Assembly: GCA_963723965.1 (NCBI GenBank)
Contig: CAVRSV010000016.1
Location: 36,923 to 100,922, forward strand
Source: an uncultured Acidobacteriota bacterium
GTDB taxonomy: Bacteria > Acidobacteriota > UBA6911 > RPQK01 > JAPXNP01
Direction of reading: 5' to 3'
Length of the DNA stretch: 64,000 nucleotides
Below are positions 38,932 to 49,071 of the stretch, one piece after another (the first letter of the stretch is position 1; each line of letters begins with the position of its first letter). The notes beneath the pieces were generated by a model that saw nothing but the letters and a program-made list of their open reading frames with translations, had not been told where the DNA came from and ran no database searches. A program made the position numbers and the translations under genes.

Positions 38932-40410
38932 TCAGCGACGTCGGAGCAGGGAGCTGCCGAGGAGGCTCTTCAGGAAGAAGAGCACTTCCGTGCGCGATTT
39001 GCGGTTTCCCTCCAGGCGGAATCGCATGGTGAAGCCGACCCAGGCGGCGTAGAGGAAGGCGTAGAACCGGTCCAGGGGAAGCCGCGTCAGGACCGGTTCC
39101 AGCGGTCTCAGAAAGGGGAAGGCGACGATCAGACCGAACAGTTTCTGCAGGCGCTCGTCGCGGCGCTTTTCCGCCGGATCGTCAAAGGCCAGGGCCGAGA
39201 AACTGTTGGTCCGGTCCGGCACAGGTCCGCCGGGCGCCAGATGGCCGCTCTGTTCCGAGTAGGCCGTCAGGTCCGTGCCCGGCAAGGGAAAGAAGAGCTG
39301 ACTCAGGGCCAGATCGGGCCGACAGCGCAGGTTCAGATCGAGGGTCCGACGGTCGATCTCGAGGGGGTGTTCGACGGGCAGGGCCAGCATGTTCTGCGTG
39401 ATGAAGCGGATTCCGTACCGGTGCAGCAGGCCGCTGACCCGGAGGAATTCCCGGTTGGAGATGTCCCGTCTCAGCAGATCGCGGGAGACCGTTTCGTCGC
39501 CCGTTTCGATTCCGAAGCAGACGACCCGGCAGCCCGCCTTCTGGAGGAGCCGGATCTTCTCCTCCGTCACCGTCTTGACGTGCACGTTGCAGTAGAAGGG
39601 AATGCCCACCTCGCGGGGAAAGCGCTCGGCGAAATCCTCCAGCCACGCCGTGTCGCACAGGGTGAAGATGTCGTCGTCGATGTAGGCGAACGAAGTCCCG
39701 TAGCGGGATTTCGTGAGGCGGACCTCCTCCATGAAATTGTCCACACTCCGGCGGCGGAGGATGCGCCCGTGATTGCAGAACAGGGCGTTGTACTTGTGGT
39801 TGAAGCAGTAGCTGCACCGATAGGGGCAGCCTCGCGAGGCGAAGAAGATGTGGCTGCGGTATTCCCGATGTAGCCGGGTACCCCGCGACATGAGCTCGCG
39901 GTCGGGGAAGGGGATCCGGTCCAGGTCCTCGACCAGCGGTGCGGGCGGGTTCCGGATCACCGCCCCGTCGACGTGAAAGTGCATTCCCTCGACCTGCGTG
40001 TAATCGCCGCCCTCGGCGAAGCGCTCCAGAAAGGCCGGGAAGCTGATGTCCCCCTCTCCGATGAGGATGGCATCCACGAAGGGCTGCGACGCCATCTCCG
40101 GCGAGAAGGTGGGATGGGGGCCCCCGAAGAGCAGAAAACACCCGGTGTCGCGGCGAAGCCGGCGAGCCAGATCCTGCAGGGCCGGATACTCGGGGGACAT
40201 GACACTGAAGCCCAGGATGTCCGGCCGGCTCCGGCGGATGCGCTCCAGCAGATCCCCGTACGAAGAATCGTCGCTGATCGCGAGATCCGTTTCCCAGCCC
40301 TGTGACCGGGCGAGGGACGAGAGATACATGACTCCCAGCCGTTCCATCGTGTAGAGATTCTTCACCACGAAGAGAAGGCGGCGTCCGACGGACGTGCGTT
40401 TCGCCTCCAT
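38932..40410 (-). CDS. B12-binding domain radical SAM protein (class B radical SAM, likely C-methyltransferase-type)
   Basis: N-terminal cobalamin-binding Rossmann-like region (DILGFSVMSPEY...LLFGGPHPT). Radical SAM CPYRCSYC. RBS GGAGG before ATG 40410. Confidence 0.85.
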   Translation of the reverse strand: MEAKRTSVGRRLLFVVKNLYTMERLGVMYLSSLARSQGWETDLAISDDSSYGDLLERIRRSRPDILGFSVMSPEYPALQDLARRLRRDTGCFLLFGGPHPTFSPEMASQPFVDAILIGEGDISFPAFLERFAEGGDYTQVEGMHFHVDGAVIRNPPAPLVEDLDRIPFPDRELMSRGTRLHREYRSHIFFASRGCPYRCSYCFNHKYNALFCNHGRILRRRSVDNFMEEVRLTKSRYGTSFAYIDDDIFTLCDTAWLEDFAERFPREVGIPFYCNVHVKTVTEEKIRLLQKAGCRVVCFGIETGDETVSRDLLRRDISNREFLRVSGLLHRYGIRFITQNMLALPVEHPLEIDRRTLDLNLRCRPDLALSQLFFPLPGTDLTAYSEQSGHLAPGGPVPDRTNSFSALAFDDPAEKRRDERLQKLFGLIVAFPFLRPLEPVLTRLPLDRFYAFLYAAWVGFTMRFRLEGNRKSRTEVLFFLKSLLGSSLLRRR

Positions 40411-41690
40411 CAAGGCCTCCCCTGCAGTGCGGCCCGGCCGGAAGGCCGGCAGAAGGCCCGGATCGCATCGATGTTCCGCTCGATTTCGGCGACGGGATAT
40501 CGCGGGTAGGTCGGAAGGAGGACGAGCGACTCGGAGGCCCGCCGGGCATTCGGGCAATCCCGTCGGAAGTCCCGGAACAGAGCGAGATCGGCGCAGTTCT
40601 TCAGGCGATGCGTCGCGATGTCACGGCCCTGGCGAAATGCCCAGTGCAGAAGCCCCCGACTCTCCCGGCACAGAATCGGGAAGTAGGGGAACACGGGGAG
40701 GGCATCGGGCTCCGGGGCGGGCAGCGTCAGACCTTCGAGGCCCGCGAGCCCGGCTCGATAGAGCTCGGCGTGGGATCGCCGGATTTCATTCTCTCTTTCC
40801 AGGCGTTCCAGGCCGCGCATCACCAGCCGCGTCTGGACACCGGTCATTCGACCCCCGTGCGAGGGAGGGACGGCTGTGAGACGGCGGACCGCGGATTCGG
40901 GATCGACGAGCCGGTTCAGGGTCCTGACTTGCCGCAAATGACCCCAGCGAAAGATGGGATAGGTCAGTCGGGTGAAGAGTGCCGGCCAGGTCGCGACGTC
41001 CGTCGCCAGCCCGAGACCGGTCAGTCCCAGGAGTCGCCAGAGGGGAAGAGGCGGCATCTGTTCGACTTCGCTTCGGATCCTTGCGGTCAGGTCCTGGGAC
41101 GGCGAGGCGAGGAGGCCCCCCCGCCAGCCGGTCAGATGTTTGTACATCCCGAAGCTGAAGACGCCCACCTCTCCCCAGGTGCCCAGGGATCGACCCCGTT
41201 CGGAGGCCCCGAAAGCCTGGGCCGCATCCTCGATCAGAGGCAGCCCGTGCTTCCGGCAAATCTCCCGGAAGCGCGCGGCCCCCGCCGTCTGGCCGAAGAG
41301 ATGCGTGATCAGAACGGCACCGGTCCGGGGGCCGAGGAGTCGCTCCACTTCGACGGGATCGATGTGGCAGCCCCCTGACACCACATCGGCGAAGACCGGA
41401 ACGGCGCCGGCGGCGATCACCAGACTCACGACGTCGGCGATGGTCAGAGGGGACAGGATGACCTCGCTCCCGGGGGGAACGAGCGCCCGCACCGCCAGGA
41501 AGATCCCCGTGCGTGCGGCCGGAACGCACAGGGCGTGCGGGGCTGGAAGGCGGTCTTCGAGGATCCCTTCGAGATGCGCCGCTTCGCGCGCCGGGTCCGG
41601 GCGCCGAAGCACGGCTGCCACGGGCAACCCGTAGTGGGAGCGGGAGGTATAGAGCCGGAAACGCGGGTGTGGGGTGGCCTGGCCGCTCAT
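40410..41690 (-). CDS. DegT/DnrJ/EryC1/StrS-family PLP-dependent sugar aminotransferase
   Basis: 426 aa. ...VILSPLTIADVVSLVIAAGAVPVFADV..., FSFGMYKHLT (PLP-Lys region). Overlaps flanking genes. Confidence 0.85.
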   Translation of the reverse strand: MSGQATPHPRFRLYTSRSHYGLPVAAVLRRPDPAREAAHLEGILEDRLPAPHALCVPAARTGIFLAVRALVPPGSEVILSPLTIADVVSLVIAAGAVPVFADVVSGGCHIDPVEVERLLGPRTGAVLITHLFGQTAGAARFREICRKHGLPLIEDAAQAFGASERGRSLGTWGEVGVFSFGMYKHLTGWRGGLLASPSQDLTARIRSEVEQMPPLPLWRLLGLTGLGLATDVATWPALFTRLTYPIFRWGHLRQVRTLNRLVDPESAVRRLTAVPPSHGGRMTGVQTRLVMRGLERLERENEIRRSHAELYRAGLAGLEGLTLPAPEPDALPVFPYFPILCRESRGLLHWAFRQGRDIATHRLKNCADLALFRDFRRDCPNARRASESLVLLPTYPRYPVAEIERNIDAIRAFCRPSGRAALQGRP

Positions 41691-43267
41691 CGGGGAACCG
41701 GGCAGAGCGAGGCGATGCGGTGGGCGTTCGCCATGACGGTCACCGCCGTGGGGATCGCCGGGATCGTCGGGAGAACGCTCGCATCGATCAAGTGGACGTG
41801 TTCGAACTCGGGCAGCCGCCCCAGGAGGTCGGTACGGGGAAAGGCCGGTTCTTCGCTCATGGGGAAGATGCCGCCGCTGTGATAGCCGCCGCCCGGGAGG
41901 TCGACGGTCGTGCGGGAAACCAGGGGCAGACCTCCGAGCTGGCGCCAGTGGCGGCGGAGCTTTCGCGCCACGCGGCGGGCGATCTCGTCGGACCGCGGAT
42001 GAGGCCTTCCCCGCAGGAGGATTCTGCGGGCGCCTCCCGATTCGAGAACCAGCTCGATCGACGATGAGACCTGGGAGGGCAGATAGCCGAAGATCGCCAG
42101 CAGACGCGCGACGGCCTTCCGAACGGCGAAGCCGGAGAAGGGCGCGAAGGGCCCCAGTTGCTGTCGGATCAGGTCCCGATAGAGTTCGTTGAAGGTGTAG
42201 ATCTGCAGGTGGAGGCGGCGGGGTTCGATCGACCGATCTTCGATTTCGACGAAGAGCTGGGCCAGGGTGTGCAGTTCCTCTTCGAAGACGCTCTCGGACC
42301 CGCGGAAGCGAAGGAAGGGAAGGGTGAAGTGATCGCTATGGAGGATGGTCAGCGGCCGATCGAAATGCTCCAGTGACTCGAGGACGATCCTGGCCGTCGA
42401 GAGCACGCCGGCCCCGACCAGGATCAGCGAGGCTTCGAATTGCTCGCGCCGGGCCTGCTCGAGGTTCCAGACCTGGACCTGCAGTCTGGCTCCCCGACCC
42501 TGGATCCGCTCGACGAGAAACCCGGGCCGGTAGTCGATCCGATCCGACTGCCTCAGGTCCTCGAGCGTTTTCGCCGCGCTGTAGACGCAGTCGTAGGGAC
42601 AGCCGAACAGGCACAGTCCGCAGTAGTGGCAACCGGTGTTGCCGGGGGAATGACCGTTGCGGACGGCCAGTTGCGATGGAGCGACGCGGATCCCGGCGCG
42701 TTTCAGGCGCTCGCCGTGGCGGCGCGCGTCGGCCAGCAGATCCCGGGCCTGGCGGCTCAATCGCAGTGAATCCGCGTTTCCCCCGTCTTCGCAGGGAGAC
42801 ACCGGAGAGGGATCGTCGAGCCCCATCAGGGTTCGGACCGCCGCGAAGTGGGGCCCGAGACCTTCCAGGTCCATGGGCCAGTCCATCAAATCGACAGGAT
42901 CGGGAGTCTTGAAGGAGGCGCCCCAGACGTTGCTGAATCCCCCGCGGGCGTAGGAGCGGGACATGGAAACACCGGTGCCCTCGAGCTCCCGATCGTCGGA
43001 CAGGGCGCGGAAGGGAAAATCGGAGCCGAACCAGCGTTTTCGCGGAATGCCGCAAATCGAGGGCGCATCCACCGTCTTGAGCCGGTGCAGAGCCTGCGGC
43101 TGCCAGTGATCGGCGGGCGTCTCCCCGAGCTCCCGCTTGAGTTCGACCGCTGCCGCGTCCGGACCGAGTCCCACATCCAGAAGCACCGGCCTGAAGCCCC
43201 GTCCGACCAGTGCGCTGGCCGCCGCTACGGAGCTCATTCCCGACCCGATGATGAAGATCCTACTCAC
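41687..43267 (-). CDS. FAD-dependent oxidoreductase (GMC-like) with Cys-rich CHYCGLCLFGCPYDC insert
   Basis: N-terminal dinucleotide-binding IIGSGMSSVAAASAL. Cys cluster CxxCGxCxxGCPxxC. Confidence 0.5.
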   Translation of the reverse strand: MSRIFIIGSGMSSVAAASALVGRGFRPVLLDVGLGPDAAAVELKRELGETPADHWQPQALHRLKTVDAPSICGIPRKRWFGSDFPFRALSDDRELEGTGVSMSRSYARGGFSNVWGASFKTPDPVDLMDWPMDLEGLGPHFAAVRTLMGLDDPSPVSPCEDGGNADSLRLSRQARDLLADARRHGERLKRAGIRVAPSQLAVRNGHSPGNTGCHYCGLCLFGCPYDCVYSAAKTLEDLRQSDRIDYRPGFLVERIQGRGARLQVQVWNLEQARREQFEASLILVGAGVLSTARIVLESLEHFDRPLTILHSDHFTLPFLRFRGSESVFEEELHTLAQLFVEIEDRSIEPRRLHLQIYTFNELYRDLIRQQLGPFAPFSGFAVRKAVARLLAIFGYLPSQVSSSIELVLESGGARRILLRGRPHPRSDEIARRVARKLRRHWRQLGGLPLVSRTTVDLPGGGYHSGGIFPMSEEPAFPRTDLLGRLPEFEHVHLIDASVLPTIPAIPTAVTVMANAHRIASLCPVPR

Positions 43268-43279
43268 AGCAACAACCGA

Positions 43280-44326
43280 TTAGTCTCGCAGCGCGAGCTC
43301 CCGGACATCGATTTCGAAACGTTTCAGCAATTCCGCCACCTCCCGCGTCGTTAGCCGCCGGCTGTTCTGGATCGCTCGCCGGCTTCGGAGCGTCGGTCGC
43401 AGCAGACGGGCGGCGCTCGCGTAGGACCATGCCAGGTTCACCAGTAACCGCAGACCGCCGTGCTCTCCGGCAAAGCGCCCCGCCGAGCCCGTTCGTTTCA
43501 AGGCGGCGTACGTGTGCCAGCCGTAGCGCCGAATCGTCCAGTAGGGATTCTGCAGCAGGATCGAGAGAGGAAAATTCTTCAACGCCAGCAGGATGCGATT
43601 GCGCTCCACGAGCATGACCTTGAGCGGGGAGTAGGCTCCCGCCGTCGCCGAGTGGCGGTGATATACGAGGGCAGCGGGGACAAACCAGGCCCGCCAACCC
43701 AGCAGCCGGGCCCGCATGCCGAGATCGGCATCGTCGCCATAGGCGAAAAAGGTCTCATCGAAGCCGCCCGTCTCCTCGATCAGGTCGCGATGATAGAGAG
43801 CGGCGCAGGCGTCGGGCCACAGGATCTCGCCCTCCTGGTCGTACTGGCCCCGGTCGATCTCCATGGTTCCGCGGCCGCGGTTCTGCCCGTCGCGGTAGAT
43901 GAGATGCCCGACCTTGTCGATCACGCCTGGAGGGTCGGTCAGCAGAATCTTGCTGCCGACCATACCGATCCGCTGCCGGCGGTCTCCCCGCCGGATCAAC
44001 TGCTCGAGCCAGTCGGGAGCCGCCACGGCGTCGTTGTTCAGCAGGGCGAACCACTGGCCTTCGGCCTGGCGAAAGGCCAGATTGTTGGCTTGGGTGAAGC
44101 CGGTATTGCGGTCGAGCCAGAGGACGCGGGCGTCGGATCGGCCCTCGACCCATCGGCGGAGGACGCCCACGGATCCGTCCGTGGACCCGTTGTCGACGAT
44201 GATGAACTCTCGGTGGGGCCAGGTCTGGCGATCGAGCGACGCCAGGCAGTCGGTGAGGAACTCCTCTCCGTTCCAGTTCACCACTACGACGCTGATCAGG
44301 TTCTGGGGTTCACCGCTGCTGGACAT
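43280..44326 (-). CDS. Family 2 glycosyltransferase
   Basis: ISVVVVNWNGEEFLTDCLASL...IVDNGSTDGS...DDADLGMRA (DxD and ED motifs). Start at the internal ATG. Confidence 0.85.
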   Translation of the reverse strand: MSSSGEPQNLISVVVVNWNGEEFLTDCLASLDRQTWPHREFIIVDNGSTDGSVGVLRRWVEGRSDARVLWLDRNTGFTQANNLAFRQAEGQWFALLNNDAVAAPDWLEQLIRRGDRRQRIGMVGSKILLTDPPGVIDKVGHLIYRDGQNRGRGTMEIDRGQYDQEGEILWPDACAALYHRDLIEETGGFDETFFAYGDDADLGMRARLLGWRAWFVPAALVYHRHSATAGAYSPLKVMLVERNRILLALKNFPLSILLQNPYWTIRRYGWHTYAALKRTGSAGRFAGEHGGLRLLVNLAWSYASAARLLRPTLRSRRAIQNSRRLTTREVAELLKRFEIDVRELALRD

Positions 44327-44453
44327 GAAGCTGACAGTTGTCTGTTGTGTCGCCGTTCCCGCTGTAAGTATACTGACTCTTACCGCGCACAGGTAGCCAT
44401 ATTTCGCCGCTTCGAGGTGGGGCTGCACAGGGGGCGAAGGTTCGGCGGAGACG

Positions 44454-45485
44454 ATGGGACGAGTCAGGGCAGGCGAACGCTTTCACAGGCTGCGGCTTCT
44501 GCGCAGCTACCTCCGCGGCGACCTCGAAGCCCCCGAACTTCCGGCGACTGCCGTTCTGGGCGTCAGCAATCGCTGCAACCTCAATTGTCCGATGTGCCTG
44601 CGTTCCGTCCGCCGTTTTCCCGGTCGCCCCACGGATTTCGAGGCCTTTCGGAGTGTCCTCGACCAGGGGGCTCGGAGCTTCCGCTATGTGAGCCTCGACG
44701 GGCCCGGGGAACCTCTTCTGAATCCCGATTTGCACAGGATGGTGGCGTATTGCCGCTCGCTTGGGATCCGCGTCGTCTATTCGACCAACGCCACGCTGCT
44801 CGACGAGGTGGGCATCGATGCCGTCCTGGATTCGGGACTCGACCACATCATCTTCTCGGTCAACGGCGTGACGCCGGAGGTGTTCGAGAAGTACAACCGC
44901 GGTGCCGACTACGGGGAAGTGGTCCGCAGGATCCGCCGTTTCCTGAACCGAAAGCTCGAACGGCGTTCGCCGATCCTGGTCACCGTCCAGATGGTGCGCC
45001 TGCCCGATACGATTCCGCAGGCACGGCGCTTTCGTGAAGTGTGGCGGGTTCCGGGCGTGGATTCCATCCGCATCAAAGCCGATGTGGTGCGTCTCGACGG
45101 AGTCGCCGCCGACGAGCGAAAGGAGCCCGAGGAACCGGGGAATCGCTGTCCCCGACTGTGGGGCGGACCCCTTTACGTCAACTATGATGGCGACGTGTAC
45201 GGGTGTCCGGGAGTGCTGTTTCGCACGGAGGCCCTCGGGAACACGAACGAGCGTGCTCTGATGGAACTGTGGAATGGGGATCGGATGCGGGAGATGCGGC
45301 GGGCCCACGTGGAGGGTGACTTCTCGGCGGTGCCCGAGTGTGCCACCTGTCAATATCCACGTCCCCGAATTCCCCTGATTCTGGGGAGCTTCCTGTTCGA
45401 TCCTTTTCTGGTGGGTCGCGTGATCCCGTTTTTCGAAAAGCTGGCTTTTTTCCGAAGGCTGCCCTTGTATGAACGTTTCGACTGA
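44454..45485 (+). CDS. Radical SAM protein with C-terminal SPASM/twitch domain
   Basis: CNLNCPMC (CxxxCxxC). C-terminal Cys array CPRLWGGP...CPGV...CATCQY. Confidence 0.8.
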   Translation: MGRVRAGERFHRLRLLRSYLRGDLEAPELPATAVLGVSNRCNLNCPMCLRSVRRFPGRPTDFEAFRSVLDQGARSFRYVSLDGPGEPLLNPDLHRMVAYCRSLGIRVVYSTNATLLDEVGIDAVLDSGLDHIIFSVNGVTPEVFEKYNRGADYGEVVRRIRRFLNRKLERRSPILVTVQMVRLPDTIPQARRFREVWRVPGVDSIRIKADVVRLDGVAADERKEPEEPGNRCPRLWGGPLYVNYDGDVYGCPGVLFRTEALGNTNERALMELWNGDRMREMRRAHVEGDFSAVPECATCQYPRPRIPLILGSFLFDPFLVGRVIPFFEKLAFFRRLPLYERFD

Positions 45486-48400
45486 GCGGGCTTCCGGCAG
45501 ATCGCCGGCGATCCTGCTGGAGGGCCAGAAACGGAGACAGATCGAGTACCACGAGCGGGCGCACTATGACGCCCGCCGCCCCCGGATGGTCGACAACCGG
45601 CATCCCCTCGTGGCGTGGTTGAACTGGTATCGACTCCGGACGGCCCTCGCTTTGATCGGCGAGCCCCTCGAGGGACGATCCGTCCTCTCCGTATGCGGCG
45701 GAGACGGTGAGGAGGCGGATTTCCTCGAGAGGCAGGGGGCAAAGACGACGATGATCGATCTCTCCGAAGCCGGGGTTCGGGCTGCTGGCCTCCGCAACCC
45801 CGCGGTGCGGAGCCTACGTATGGATGGCGAGGCATTGTCCTTTCCGGATCGATCGTTTGACTGGGTTCTGGTCCGAGATGGACTGCATCACCTGGCCCGG
45901 CCTCTGAAGGGGCTCTACGAGATGGAGCGGGTGGCGCGGCGGGGTTTCGTTCTCCTGGAGGGGCAGGACTCAGGGCTCGTCCGCCTGCTTGTGCGGCTCG
46001 GCCTCGGTGAGGACTGGGACCCGGCCGGCGGTTACGTGTATCGTTTCTCGAGGCGGGAGCTCCTCAAGGTTCTCCGTGCCGTCCAGACGATCGAGAGGTG
46101 GCGGATCTCCACCGCCTGGCTCCCGCCGGGAAGTGATCTGCTGGCATATTTTCCGGTGGTGCGACGCCTCATCTACCCCGCTATTGACAACCGGATCGCC
46201 CGGCCTCTGCTGACGTCTCCGTCGGGACGCCGGTACCTGGGGATGCTCTTTCGTTTCGTGCAGGCCGTGGTCGGGCGCTGGGGGAACAGCCTGATCGTCG
46301 TCGCCTGGAAGAAGCCGGCGGCCGAAACCCCGGCAACGAGCGGGGAGCGGCGACTTCCAGCGGCCGGGACGCGGACCCGAAAGGCCGGGCACGTCGTGAA
46401 AGCCCGGACGTCGGCAGAAACCGGGCCGCTCGGGCAGAGGTCCGGGAATCTGCCAGTGACTTGGATCGTTCTTGGGCTCCTCGCGATCGCGATCAACATG
46501 CCTTTTCTGGGGCAGGCCTTCCACATCGACGACTCGGTCTTCCTCAAGGTCGCCGAAAACACCTCCCGCGACCCCCTTTTCGCCCAGGATCTGCCGATCC
46601 TGTTCGAGGGCGTCTCGGTCCCGGATCTGGCATCGGCCGAGCATCCGCCGTTGATAGCCTGGTACATGGCTCTTGCCGCGAGGTTGGGCGGAGGCTTCTC
46701 GGAGGTGGTCCTGCACACCGCTTTCCTGCTGTTTCCCGCCATCCTGGCCGTGGCCACATACTCGCTGGCTCGGCGATTCACGAGCAGCCCGGCGATTGCC
46801 ACGGTGGCGCTCCTCGTGTCGCCGGTAGTCTTCGTGATGTCTCATACCCTGATGACCGACCTGCCCCTGATGGCTCTGTGGACGGCCTCGGTGGCCCTGT
46901 TCGTCCATGGCCTCGACTCGGGGCGGATGCGCTGGGCCTGGATCGGCGGGATTACAGCGGCGCTGGCCACTTTTGCGTCCTACGCCGGACTCTGTTTGGT
47001 ACCGCTCCTGGCGGCTTATTCCGTGTTGAAGAAGCGGCCGGCTGGTTTGCTGCCGTCGATGCTGCCCGTACCGGCATTCGGCGCGTGGCTGGCCCTGAAC
47101 GCCGTGCACTACGGGCGCTTTACTCCAGGTCCTCTGCTGAATCACTACCTCTTCGTGGAGAAGGTGCTGGCACCCGGCCTGATCGGAGACAAGCTGATCT
47201 ATGCGGTGGTCGTTCTGGGCGGGGCGACGCTCTTCCCGCTGGCGCTCGTGGCGCTGGGAACGGTGCGGAGGATCGTCGCGGGCTTTCTGCTCGCCGTTGC
47301 CCTGGTCTTCATCACCGAGGTCCGCGCCTACGATCTTCCGGCGGCGGCCTGCTTCGTGGGGCTGTTCAGCGCGGGGTTCGTGGCGCTGTGGGAGATCTTC
47401 CGGAGTTTCGGGCGCTCTCTGCGCTCGCTGCGGAGCCTGCCGAGCGAGGCTGCCGACGACCTGTTCCTCGGCCTCTGGTTTACGGGAGCGCTGGCTTTTT
47501 GTGTCCTCGTCTATCTGACTGGGGCCGCTCGATATCTACTGCCGGCAGTGCCGCCATTCATTCTGATGGTGGTTCGCCGGGCCGAGCTGCGGACGGGAGG
47601 CCGCTTGCTCCACCTTGCGGTCCCGGCGTTGTTCGCCACCGCAATCATGGCCCTGGCTGCGGCCACGGCGGATTTCCAGTTCGCACGGATCTACCAGGAG
47701 TTTGCGGGATCGCTTGCAGCCTCTGCAGCCTCCCGGGAGCCGGGACGTCGAGTCTGGTTCACCGGTGAATGGGGCTTCCGCGCGTACCTGGAACGATTGG
47801 GCGGGCGGGAACTGGGACGGCGGGATCCCCGTCCCCGACCCGGTGATCGCCTGATCGTTCCCACGCTGGCGACGCCTTATCCCACGTTGTTCAGCGATCG
47901 CCTGGGACTCGACTGCATCGTGCTGGTCGCTCCGAGCCGGGTGTCCTTCGAGCTGCCGGCGGTGCAGGCCGGGGATGTTCTGTCCTTCACAGTGGGGATG
48001 CCCCTTCACGATGTGAGCGACGGGCTGGATCTGGGCGTTCTCTTCGTTTCGGGGAAGGATCGGGAGTGGATCCGGCGGGAGCGCCTCGAGCCACAGTCAG
48101 GTCGACGCTGGACCGAGTGGAACCTGCCACTGGATCCTTGGAAGGGACGGAAGGGAACGATCGTCTTCTCGGCCCGCGTGGGATCGTCCGGCAGGGCCGA
48201 CGGCGACTGGGTGGCCCTGGCCCGGGCCCGGATCGAGGGCGCCCCGACGGCAGGCGGCCCGGCGCGCTTCGATTTCCTGCAACATTTCGAGCGGGCGTCC
48301 ATCGACCCTGAGCCCGGGACGGATTACCACACTCCCGGCAATGTCCCGGTCTTCCCCTACCGGGCCTGGCTGGAGCAGGAGCCGGCCAAGGTCTTACTGG

Positions 48401-48597
48401 ATCGACGGGACTTCAGTCCGTCCCTGGGTATCCGGTTGCTGGACGCCGGGTCGCACGCCGGGTTCTGGGGGATGCACTGGGGCATGCTTCCCTTTGCGTT
48501 CGCCGACGATTGGACTGCTTTGGAGTCCATTTCGATCTACCGCATCACCCGGCAGGTGGATGGGTACGGGGAGACGAACCCGGCTTGGGGACAGTGA
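45469..48597 (+). CDS. Fusion protein: class I SAM-dependent methyltransferase domain + GT-C family (PMT_2/ArnT-like, GT39/GT83-type) membrane glycosyltransferase + about 340-aa C-terminal soluble domain
   Basis: Residues about 60-200 carry the MT fold (VLSVCGGDGEEADFL...DWVLVRDGLHHL). Residues about 330-700 have more than 10 TM helices and begin with the GT-C-type motif PFLGQAFHIDDSVFLKVAE. 1042 aa, continuous ORF. Confidence 0.72.
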   Translation: MNVSTERASGRSPAILLEGQKRRQIEYHERAHYDARRPRMVDNRHPLVAWLNWYRLRTALALIGEPLEGRSVLSVCGGDGEEADFLERQGAKTTMIDLSEAGVRAAGLRNPAVRSLRMDGEALSFPDRSFDWVLVRDGLHHLARPLKGLYEMERVARRGFVLLEGQDSGLVRLLVRLGLGEDWDPAGGYVYRFSRRELLKVLRAVQTIERWRISTAWLPPGSDLLAYFPVVRRLIYPAIDNRIARPLLTSPSGRRYLGMLFRFVQAVVGRWGNSLIVVAWKKPAAETPATSGERRLPAAGTRTRKAGHVVKARTSAETGPLGQRSGNLPVTWIVLGLLAIAINMPFLGQAFHIDDSVFLKVAENTSRDPLFAQDLPILFEGVSVPDLASAEHPPLIAWYMALAARLGGGFSEVVLHTAFLLFPAILAVATYSLARRFTSSPAIATVALLVSPVVFVMSHTLMTDLPLMALWTASVALFVHGLDSGRMRWAWIGGITAALATFASYAGLCLVPLLAAYSVLKKRPAGLLPSMLPVPAFGAWLALNAVHYGRFTPGPLLNHYLFVEKVLAPGLIGDKLIYAVVVLGGATLFPLALVALGTVRRIVAGFLLAVALVFITEVRAYDLPAAACFVGLFSAGFVALWEIFRSFGRSLRSLRSLPSEAADDLFLGLWFTGALAFCVLVYLTGAARYLLPAVPPFILMVVRRAELRTGGRLLHLAVPALFATAIMALAAATADFQFARIYQEFAGSLAASAASREPGRRVWFTGEWGFRAYLERLGGRELGRRDPRPRPGDRLIVPTLATPYPTLFSDRLGLDCIVLVAPSRVSFELPAVQAGDVLSFTVGMPLHDVSDGLDLGVLFVSGKDREWIRRERLEPQSGRRWTEWNLPLDPWKGRKGTIVFSARVGSSGRADGDWVALARARIEGAPTAGGPARFDFLQHFERASIDPEPGTDYHTPGNVPVFPYRAWLEQEPAKVLLDRRDFSPSLGIRLLDAGSHAGFWGMHWGMLPFAFADDWTALESISIYRITRQVDGYGETNPAWGQ

Positions 48598-49000
48598 AGA
48601 TGATCTGAGATTTACGATTTACGATTTACGATTTGGGGGCGGACCGGGAGCTGGAAGGCGTGTCTTCCCAATTCACCGGGGCCCTGGAATTCGCCTCCGA
48701 CGCCGCAGGCGCCCTTGGGGCGCGGGAGCTTGCTCCCGCTGTCGAGCCGCCCGGGACGCCCATCCCGACACGCATCGCCGGCTCGCCGACCGACTCCCGC
48801 CGAAGCCCGGGAGTACCCACGACCGAGGCCCCTCCACCGAAAGCGGCAGCAAGCTACCGCAGTCCAAGGCGGCTTCGCCGCGGTGGCGGAGCAGGTCAAT
48901 CCCAAAGCGGCTTCGCCGCGGTGGCGGAGCAGGTTAATTCCAAGGCGGCTTGGCCGCGCTGCCACAACAGTTCAATTCAAACCGTCTGCGCCGCGCGCTT
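48598..49000. repeat. GATTTAC 7-mer micro-tandem plus Family-C multi-hairpin repeat with an internal 40-bp duplication
   Basis: gatctgagatttacgatttacgatttacgatttgg. The C-unit ends with aggcggcttcgccgcggtggcggagcaggt repeated twice. Confidence 0.75.
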
Positions 49001-49071
49001 CCTTCCCGACGGCGCTTGGCGATGTGTCTTCTTGCATATGTCCTGCATCCGTCGGACAATCTTCGTCGGCG

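Noticed and set aside
44454-45485. Radical SAM/SPASM protein as the anaerobic sulfatase-maturating enzyme for the Cys-type sulfatase at 22.7 kb
   Set aside because: The genes are about 20 kb apart and the rSAM gene is embedded in the glycosyl-modification cluster. Linkage to the sulfatase is unsupported.
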